From Bugula neritina (lineage: Eukaryota > Animalia > Bryozoa), in NCBI GenBank assembly GCA_964035545.1, contig OZ037767.1, positions 21,220,628-21,284,627 of the forward strand: DNA of 64,000 bases. Direction: 5' to 3'. Under the pieces are notes generated by a model that was not told where the DNA came from, ran no database searches, and saw only the letters and a program-made list of their open reading frames with translations. The translations under genes and the position numbers were made by a program. Positions 53,940 to 64,000 of the stretch are shown here, piece after piece; the stretch's first letter is position 1; each line of letters begins with the position of its first letter.

Positions 53940-56900
53940 ATGGCAGCTCATATAGTCACTGAGTTTCCAATAAGCGAAGTCAGAACTGTTTTTACAGGTA
54001 CATCAGACGAGGATAGTGCCTATCTAAAAATATTTTGGAAATCTATTCATCTTGATCCAACTATTGAGTCACGATTAGTATCTTCAGATGTTAGACAAAG
54101 AATTCCTCCATATGCAGTAAAGTCACGTAGCCTTAGCCATGGACACGGTATGACTATGAGTATGACTATGAGTATGATACTCACTATGACTATGACATTC
54201 AGTTTCACTATTAGTATCACTATCACTGACACTATGTCATTCTTATTTTGATAGCACGATGTTGATAATGGCTTTAACCTTTAGCAATTACAATTAGTTG
54301 TTAAATGGATAAATCAATTTAATTTTTCAATCATTATATTATTAATATTATTAATATTTAATGTTGTATTACTATTAAATTTAATTTTTCTTAAAGAACT
54401 TTTACATATAAAATATACAGGCTGCTGATTTAGTAGTTTTGTTTGTGCTAAAATATTAAATATGTTGATAAGCTTGGATACCTTTTGAATTTTTGATAGT
54501 GATAAGACCAGTATGTAAACTATATATATCTGGATAGTAACATTATAACCAATGACTACCAATTATTATTATAGCAAGTTTCTATAGCTGTCAATAATTG
54601 AATTTGCTTTTTAGAAAAAAAATTATGATAGTAATTGCAACATATTTTTAAAAACTAGCTGTATTGTGTTTATTAATCACTCGAAAAGGAATTAATTTGA
54701 CAAAATTAGATGCAATGTTATTGTTAGAGTATTTTAATTTGACATATTTTGTAACAATGTTAACAGGCTCATGCTCATCAACAAAAAGTCAGGACAAAAA
54801 TGGTATCGGCTGTACTTTGATTATTTTTGTTACTTAGATATAGGATTTGGATAGTATTTCACTTGCGCAGTTTATGTTTCCCTTCATCAGGTCTTGTAGA
54901 AACTTTTGCTTCTTCTTCTTTACAACTTTTTTAAATCAATTTATTTGGAAAATTATTTTGAAAAGAAAATATGATCAATCTGCTTCTGATTATATTTACT
55001 TCTGCGTTGTTTTATCTAAGCTAATTTTTCAGAAAGTTCTATATTAAAGCTTTATAGTGACAGGATGCCTTTATGAATCATATCAAGCAAATAAAACTTC
55101 TCTCAACTGCAACATGTGTGCTCTAATTTTTGATTGAAAATCTTTTGTCATTGATGTCATACAAAGTATAGGTTGCAGTATGTAATACTTAAAACTGATA
55201 TTTCTTTATTTATTTATCTAATTGCTTTCACGTTATAAGTTGTCAAACTGACAAACCTCTCAAGAATTTTAATGAGTAAGTTTTTAAACTTTATTTTACT
55301 TAAAAGTAAGCAAATTTGTACATTTAATTAATATTTTTAATTTTTACTTGCAGAGAAACAAAAGTTTACCTTCAGAGAAGAAGATCCACCACGTAAGTTG
55401 GACAAATATATTTATACTTAGTAGAATATAATTCTCAAGTAAATCTTGAGTTGATCGATCACCTATAGATGCTTTTATTATAGTTTGAATTTACCATTTG
55501 GTTTCAAGGTTTAAAAATGTTAATATATTATTACTTTGTTATATAATATAAATTAGTAAAAACAGAACTATGTGAATGGGATTTAAATTTGTATATAAAA
55601 TATCTAGCAGTTGTCAATATTTCGCTTAATGACTCAACTAGCTACCTCTCACTCACTCACTCTTCATTTACTCATACCTTATTTATTCACTCACTACTTA
55701 CTAGCTCACTCCTCACTCATTTACTTACCCCTTACTCACTTATTTAATCTCCTTACGCTGTGACCATTAAGAAAATGGCTAGGTTTTAATGCTGATGTTG
55801 CTTAGAATAAATGAGAAGGCATGAATTTATACTTGTATATGCGTTTCTTGTATTCAGAGCTAGCAAAGTACAGCAAGAATGTGTTCAAGTTAGAATCAGA
55901 AGACCAACACAAAAAAAGAATGGATCTTTTAGACAAGAGAGAGGTAGAACTATGCCGCCATAAGTCAAGGGCAGAGAAAAGAGAACATGTAAGTCTAATT
56001 TTGCAAAGTTTGCTACCATTAAAAACTTGATACTCGTAGTTTTTAATGTTTAATAGTTTTATTTTTCAAAACTTGCATAAAAAACAATCAACCTGATTTT
56101 ACTCATATTCGATGCTCATAGTTGATTGAAAATTTGTGTAGAATATTTTGTATATTAGACATGTTGTTGTTCATTACCTGTATTTTACTCACCTCAGATT
56201 TATTTTTTTTTAATTTTAATTTAGGGTCAACAGTTTTATTATTTTATATTTTATAGTTTTAGTCAAATTTTTATAATTACACTCTGTGGTGAATAAAACA
56301 AATCTACTAAAATATTGTCATCAACTTTATGTGTACACTAACAGTGCTTGTGTTTGAAGTTTAAAGCATATTTATGGCCACACTAATAGTTTATTTTATT
56401 CTACTGTATATACTTTACTATACCAATTGTATTCTACTGTATATACTCTACTATATCAATTGCATTCTACTGTATATACTCTACTATACCAATTGTATTC
56501 TACTGTATATACTCTACTATATCAATTGCATTCTACTGTATATACTCTACTATATCAATTGTATTCTACTGTATATACTCTACTATATCAATTGTATTCT
56601 ACTGTATATACTCTACTATATATCAATTGTATTCTACTGTATATACTTTACTATACCAATTGCATTCTACTGTATATACTCTACTATATATCAATTGCAT
56701 TCTACTGTATATACTTTACTATATCAATTGTATTCTACTGTATATACTAGCTATTATATTTATTTTACAGATTCAACTTGCATCTCATCAGAAATCTATA
56801 AAAGGAAGTGACACACTACCAGTTCTTCCACCAATCACGTCAGAGTATAACGATGACCTTGACCCAATGGAAGAGGAAGTTAAAGAGGCTATGGAGGCAG

Positions 56901-56989
56901 CTAGAGACATTGAACTCTTTGAGAAACAGATATCTACACGCCCTCAGCGTAAGGAGCCGGTAGATGAGCATGCCTTAGTTCTTGACTAA
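53940..56989 (+). CDS. HOATZ: Cilia- and flagella-associated protein HOATZ (C11orf88) homologue, 198 aa
   Basis: Exons 53940-54147, 55354-55392, 55858-55988, 56771-56989 in phase (597 nt). The N-terminal [31 protein letters not shown]...QRIP block matches the conserved HOATZ motif as recalled (VFAGSS..D...AK.FW.S....PP.ES.LV...QRLP), followed by a charged helix. Confidence 0.82.
54148..54245. repeat. 6-nt-periodic tract starting at the HOATZ intron 1 donor
   Basis: gtatg actatg agtatg actatg agtatg atactc actatg actatg. Confidence 0.75.
56399..56752. repeat. 33-bp minisatellite abutting the HOATZ last acceptor
   Basis: ttctactgtatatactctactatatcaattgta, about 10 copies. Confidence 0.93.
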
Positions 56990-57369
56990 CTGTGGTGCTG
57001 GTGGGGACTCATAGAGCACCACCCTGTGGGTCGGGGCTAGAACGAAGCTATGTTTTGTGAAAGAGCGTATATCCTGCTAATCAGCACACGTAATACATAA
57101 CTCATGAATTGAATTAAATATGAAGCTTTTAAAAGCTACTTTTAAAAATTTGTACATATTTTCGTTATATGACTTAATATTTATTGTAATCTTTATGTTG
57201 TGTAATAAACAATCGTCATATTTAATGCTCATTTCCCTGCAGTCATTTGACTTAGTATGGTACAAGTATTGCACTAATAAGCATACAAGTTACAATCCTG
57301 GACAAAGATAAGCTGTTAGAAATGGATTAGACTATCTATTAGGTAGAGTGTATATGATGAGTCATGTAT

Positions 57370-60300
57370 CTACAAGTCATCGTGTCCAATGTGCTCTGTG
57401 TCAGATATGTAGTTGTCATCCCCTGGATAATGGGCGGGAAACATCAGTCTAAGATTAGTTGCATAAGCTTTAAGATTTCGAGGTACAAATTGTTTCTTCC
57501 ACTCTTCACTGTAACATTTGAATATATTAACTTGATATGTAAATATGCAACTGTAGCATATAAATATATAACTATAATATATAAATATAGAATTGTAGCA
57601 TATGAATATATACAACTGCTACATGTGCATATATGCCATAGTATATAGTCGTTATGCACTATGTTTTATTCTCATGAACCTGTTGTAATATTATATTATA
57701 CTTGGGGTGTTGGTCATAGAGTATAGGTATATATTCGTCTGCAGGCAACATCTTTGACAAAGGCCTATGTGAAAGAACTTTGTTTATGCCTCTATTTGTT
57801 AGAGCATAGGCTACCATCCAATAGCTGTAGCCTGGGCTCCTTAAATATCTCGTCTTCTCCTCTTCTCTCTCACCATCAAGTATTTTCCTACCTAAATACC
57901 TGTAGAACAAATAATACACAGTACACTACTATACAGCTGTATACTATACATTACTATACAATTATATACTATACACTACTATACAGTTATATACTATACA
58001 CTACTATACAGTTATATACTACACACTACTATACAGTTATATACTACACACTACTATACAGTTACAGTTAACTTACAACAAGTCCCAGTCATTATTCAAA
58101 GACTGAACGTCACTCCGGATAAACTCATATTCCTCTAACATATTGTCAATTGGTGTGGCATCATCTTCCAGTATAAGAACACGTCTGTAGTTCATCTTCT
58201 TGGCCTGTTGAGAAACAAAATGTAAAGCTTTGCCACTCTAGCAGTTTACCATCTCGGCCATTTAAAAGTCACCACCAGCAATACTCTATTGCCTATTTTA
58301 TCCCATCAGAACAGCAAAAGATCACACAATGGTGGACTTCAACTGCCGCAAGATGTCTGTTTCGTACTCAAGGAAACTGAAGCAGCACTGCTTATTCTAC
58401 AGGTTTGACTCTTCTTACTATAGTTTCAATTTCATATATAACTTTGTAAAAGGATATAAAGTATAGCTGTGTACGGTTCCGTGCACCTCCACCTGATCAC
58501 AGGTTTAATTAGCCGCAGCAGACTAATCTACTTTTAATATTTAAACTTTAAACTACCCGAGTTGCAGCTTCTAAGTTTTATAAAAACATAAATTGTTTCA
58601 GTTAAGTTTATTCAAACAAGGCAAAAGCAGTTTAAATTTTTTGATGTCTTTGTTTGCATTTATAACTGACTCATGTTCAGTACGGCATCACAGGACGAGT
58701 TGAGAGTTGTCTTACCTCTTCCCATATGAAGTAGTGACTGAGGAAACAGCCAATCTCCCCCTGTGTGAGATATTTCCTTTTTGTGTACGGCTCTTCATAG
58801 CCAGGGAGTGTACGTACCTGCAACTCTTGTAAGAACGAGCCGTTGAGCAGCCTGTTTACACCAAATACTTACATTTTTTATTTCACTTAAATACATTTGA
58901 GTACGTACATGTGTCATTACTTGCATATGTACACGTTATTATATTATATAGTTGTTATTACATATAATACCTAATATCATATATGCTAGCTTCCTATCAT
59001 ATAGGAATTATGTTAGTATACTGTACATTTGTTATTCATTACTTGTATATACGTATTGTTGTATGTACTTGTTATTATATGTACTTACTATTACATATAA
59101 ATCCTATTACATTTACTTACTATACATATACTTATTAATATATATAATACTCGTATACTTACTACTACATATGCTCACTGTACATATACTTACTAATATG
59201 TAATATACTTACTACTGTACATATACTTGCTATACATATACCAACTAGTATATATACTTACTACTAAATATTATATCATAAATACATGTATACGTACTTC
59301 CCATCGACAGCTTCAAAAAACCTGTAATTTTCTATTCTCAGTTCAAACATAACGTGTTGCATTAGAAAGTTTCTTTTTCTCCTCTTCTTTAGGTTAATTA
59401 TATAAATCTGTTCAGTATATGAATATTGTTATATAATAAATCTATTCAGTGTATATCAGCATTCACATATATAGATTAATTGCAATGAAATTATTTTAAT
59501 ATATAATATTATATGTATTACAAGGTTGTTACTATAAAATACTAACCATATCAAAATCTCCAGACAAGTGTGAAGGTTTAACTTGCAAAAATTTTGTCGG
59601 TAGAATTGGCTGCAGATTCACTGAAGGTAAATAATCATACGGTACTAATATATAGACTATATAATGTAGATGTATATCGGTGTGCCGTATGTAGGGTATA
59701 CATATTATATATCAATATAGTATTGCATGTATTATATACATGTGTATAAGTTTATTGTATGTATTTCACACATGTAATCATATTCATGTGTTGTACGTAT
59801 TATATGTACATGTATATATCAGTGTATTACATATATTATATGCATATATATCACTGCATGTAGCGTATATATTATATAAGTGTACATATCAGTGTATTAC
59901 ATACAACTTACAGGCTCTCCTTCGAAGAGACGACATCAAGTAGGACTGTTTTTCTTTGACTCCATTTTCTATCAAGGTGATCGGCAAACTGGTCTCTCCG
60001 TACTCGACATTATTGCATATGACAATCTTACCTCCTGCAAAAAACTTGTTTCAGTTTACTTTAAACTTTAAGAATATGTTAATCTTTTGGAAAGCTCAAA
60101 AGTCTATTTCTAGCATATAGCAATCTGCACACCAGACTACAACATGTGTGCTATATAAGGCAACAGCTTCCTTCGAGTTTTGTTTTAAGTTAAACAGAAT
60201 CTCGGTGATTATTTTAGAGGTTTTGCCTTCACAGATTGCAGACACTTGCACATAAACCACCTGCTCATCCTCTACTGAAAAGTTTGGGTGGCAGTAAACT

Positions 60301-61576
60301 TCCAATTTCTCTTAAACTTACTCATCTGTGGAAATTGTATTGTTATAAATATCATTCTTTTAATTTGCAGTTGTTTGCCAATACTATGACTGGCGGTAAA
60401 AGAATAGTTGTGTTTCTGTGTGCAATGTAGCTTGTGTTATATATATGATATTAAGTCTGCCACATAAAAGCCTATGGTAAAAAAGAAATAGATGGTTTCA
60501 AAATACTTGCCTGCTTCATTAATAGCCTTAGAAAAGCCAGCCATGTTGTAAAGTGTATCTACACCCTGCTGTTTGTCTGAAGAGCTGTTGAAACTAAGGC
60601 TATCATTGAGTTGACTTGTCAAGTGGATGAGAAATAGCGTGTGTACCAAGGGAACGCTGAAACATCCTTTCAATTCCCTGTTTATTATTTTGTCATAGTC
60701 GTCACTGTTCGAGTAGACCCCCTAGTTATATATATAATTATGCAGTTTGTAGAATAATATGGTGCATATCAAGTTATTTGTTATGTATACCAGGAATAAG
60801 GATATTCTAAGTCCTTGAGTTGCAAACAAAGTTTTATAACCATGTGGCCAGAGTGTTCAACAATGAACATGTAACGGTTGCTAAATATATATATAACTAT
60901 ACACATATAACTATACACATATATACACATTACACACATATAACTATACACATATATACACATTACACACATATAACTATACACTATACACTATCATCTG
61001 GTGTTTGGAAACAGTTGCAATAAATGAAACCATAAGTTCATGCAAGCCACAACACCAAGTTCATCCGTATGAGCACCCATTCGCATAATGCGAAGTAATG
61101 GAAACACAGAGATATATAGGCTAGTATGTCACACACATATAGTTATACACATATATACATGTAACACACATGTAACTATACACATATATACAAGTCACAC
61201 ACATGTTACACACGAACACACATATACACTGACTTACGTCATAAGAAATATCTTCCATGAAATTTACGTAGCGTTCACCAGGAACTGTGAGTAATGGTGA
61301 AGCAACCAGAGCTCTAAAATATAACATTACCTGCAGGTACAGCACAATAAATAGTAACGGTATTGTATAGGTACAATACTTCAAGTAAATATGTTATTAC
61401 CTGTGCACAACAGAAGCATCTATAAGATTGTCTATTATTTCCAACTCTTGTATGAGAAGGTCAGGTTCCATAAACTAAAACAAAATCAACAAATTAACTA
61501 CTATATACTATATATACTGTGCTATATTACTATAGTAAATACTGTGCTATATTACTATAGTGAATACTGTGCTATA

Positions 61577-61661
<85 letters not shown>

Positions 61662-64000
61662 GCTATACTATAGTGAACACTGTGCTACATTATTGTACTA
61701 TATACTGTACTATACTATATACCAGGGTTGGGGTAATTGTAATTTGTAATTGTAATTGGCTGTAATTAATTACATTTTTTCAAGTAATTGAATGTAATTT
61801 GTAATTGAGGTTTAAAAATGTAATTGTAATTGTAATTGTAATTAATTACATATCTAATGTAATTGATTTTTACAATTACTTTATAATTACATGTCAATTA
61901 CTCCAAACTTTTAAATCTTAAAAAACTCCTTCTTTTTCTACAATGCCTACTGTTAAATAACAAGTTCAGATAGTTAGGTCAATATAGTATAGGGTCATTC
62001 CATGCTAACTCACCGAATTGCCCGCGTCTATTTGCATCTCAGGTTTTGTTAATGTTTACACCAAATAGACCTACACATGCCTCAAGTACTCTTCTTCAGT
62101 ATTTCTGACCTGACACAAATTTTTTTTGAGAACTGACTACTTTTGTAGACAAAGGTTGAGAAACATTTTGAGGAAAATTTGTGATTTCTACTTTTAGACT
62201 AATCTATAAACGTCTATATCTCAATCATTTTTCTAGACTGAGCCTTAAAATTTGCTGTGTGATTTGATAACACCTATCAATTTGCACTAGTAGCAACACA
62301 TACTACAGAATACTTTGTGTGCATATATGCAAAGTCATTGAATATGAACAAAACTTTGTAAATTTTGAAAAATTTCAAATACTCGCCTAATCAAATTTTA
62401 AATTACTTATAAATTGGTCTAAAAGTATAAATCACAAATTTTCCTCAAAATATTTTCCAACCTTTGTTCACCAAAGTAGTAATTTCTCAAAATGTTTTTG
62501 TGTCAGACCAGAAATATTCACGAATAGTAATCTGAACATGTGTAGGTCCATTTAGTGTAAATATGAGCAAAATCTGAAACACATGCAAAGACGTGAGACC
62601 CCTTGAAAGTTGGTTGATTTGGTATGGAATGACCCTATAGTATCACTGTAGAAAATAAAAGAGGTTCACCACTGTCAACACTGCCCCTGGTAGTTAGACC
62701 CTAAAAGTGACTTCTATTTATTTCTTGTGAGAACAAAAGTAATTGTAATTGTAATTAATTACATTGCCATGTAATTGTAATTGTAATTAATTACATTTAT
62801 TTTTAACTGTAATTATAATTGTAATTGTAATTGACAAATCTTCATGTAATTGTAATTGTAATTAATTACATTTACATGTAATTGACCCCAACCCTGCTAT
62901 ATACTGTACTATACTATGCTATATACTGTACTATACTATACCATATACTGTACTATACTATGCTATATACTGTACTATACTATACCATATACTGTACTAT
63001 ACTATACTGTACTATATACTGTACTATACTATACCATATACTGTACTATACTGTACTATACTATATTATACTATATACTATACTATACTGTACTATATAC
63101 TGTACTATACTATACCATATACTGTACTATACTGTACTATACTATATTATACTATATACTATACTATACTATACCATATACTGTACTATACTATACCATA
63201 TACTGTACTATACTATATTATACTATATACTGTACTATACTATACTATATACTGTACTATACTGTACCATATACTGTACTATACTATACCATATACTGTA
63301 CTATACTATACCATATACTGTACTATACTATATTATACTATATACTGTACTATACTATACTATATACTGTACTATACTGTACTATACTATATTATACTAT
63401 ATACTGTACTATACTATACTATATACTGTACTATACTATACCATATGCTGTGCTATACTATACTATATACTGTACTATACTACACTATACTATATGCTGT
63501 GCTATACTATACTATATGCTGTGCTATATTATACTATATACTATACTATACTATACTATATGCTGTGCTATATTATACTGAATTAGGCTGTACCAAACAT
63601 TTATTATTAAATATGCTTTTTCTCTTGTTTATGTTGAAAAACCTCGATTTTTATTGTATCACATATCATTATATTATTTCATATTGCAATAATATATAAA
63701 ATTCACTCAACTCATTGTAATAATATATACTCACTATAATATAATCATGTTGTTTAGCTGATAGTAGTGCTTCTTCTCTCAGACTAAGTATGACATCGTC
63801 ATGAGTGAGAGAAGACGACTCTTTAGTCCTACCTATATTATATCGTGGCTATACAATCTCACACCGACATTCTTGAACCAGTAGCTCTATAGACACTGTC
63901 TCTGCACACAACACGATGTCACAACTATTATTGTTATACCCTTGCTATATATTCGTTCAAGACACTGAGATACAAACTTACCTTCAAAGAGCTGGTAGTC
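57370..64000 (-). CDS. COLGALT: Procollagen galactosyltransferase (COLGALT/GLT25D family, GT25), 5'-partial
   Basis: Exons ...-63982, 63832-63735, 61474-61401, 61313-61238, 60721-60511, 60034-59912, 59620-59547, 59407-59298, 58851-58716, 58204-58077, 57899-57702, 57508-57370 (TAG). Motifs GCFSVPLVHT, IYIINLKKR, EAVDGK, LTQGEIGCFLSHYFIW, VLILEDD, YLGRK, YSYW, KMLPADEYIP, HYPGDDNYISDTE, and a C-terminal ER-retention-like HDDL. Confidence 0.93.
57913..58070. repeat. 25-bp minisatellite making up nearly an entire COLGALT intron
   Basis: acactactatacagttatatactat, about 6 copies within intron 57900-58076. Confidence 0.9.
61580..61658. repeat. (TA)n microsatellite
   Basis: About 39 units. Confidence 0.95.
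61723..62896. mobile_element. Non-autonomous hAT-like element with GTAATT subterminal repeats
   Basis: TIRs CAGGGTTGGGGT / ACCCCAACCCTG, 8-bp TSD CTATATAC (61715-61722, 62897-62904), and GTAATT/AATTAC arrays at both ends. Confidence 0.88.
61992..62635. mobile_element. Nested foldback MITE with ~200-bp imperfect TIRs (TATA- or TA-flanked, possibly Sola-like)
   Basis: GGGTCATTCCA...TGGAATGACCC termini with TATA on both sides. Arms pair internally (acaaaggttg...ttttgaggaaaatttgtgattt vs aaatcacaaattttcctcaaaa...caacctttgt). Confidence 0.82.
62897..63580. repeat. CTATA/CTGTA pentamer-based satellite
   Basis: Explains ORFs 62882-63699; the same satellite continues left of the hAT insertion. Confidence 0.93.

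Overview
AT-rich, intron-dense animal genomic DNA; not prokaryotic (no operons, CRISPR or rRNA). An invertebrate, possibly lophotrochozoan, origin is a low-confidence impression only. Spliced gene models were built by hand, checking splice sites and exon phase. In order: VPS26C/DSCR3 (+, 5' end upstream of the window); a DUSP8/16-like MAPK phosphatase (-); TMEM222 (+); an unnamed 181-aa multi-pass membrane protein (+); a possible two-exon orphan gene (+); a claudin/PMP22-superfamily locus (-); HOATZ (+); and a COLGALT/GLT25D procollagen galactosyltransferase (-, 5' end beyond the window). The most notable structure is the claudin-like locus. It has two complete, different TM1+first-extracellular-loop cassettes, one preceded by ~330 aa of low-complexity/charged N-terminus. 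Both splice in phase onto one shared pair of exons encoding TM2-TM4 (a variable/constant layout). Other patterns: minisatellites anchored on splice sites or a stop codon, and cryptic 6-nt-periodic tracts at the start of first introns. Mobile elements: a tRNA-derived SINE family, two RTE LINE fragments and several non-autonomous DNA transposons with clear TIR/TSD, one nested pair included. Most long ORFs in the supplied track are tandem-repeat artefacts.
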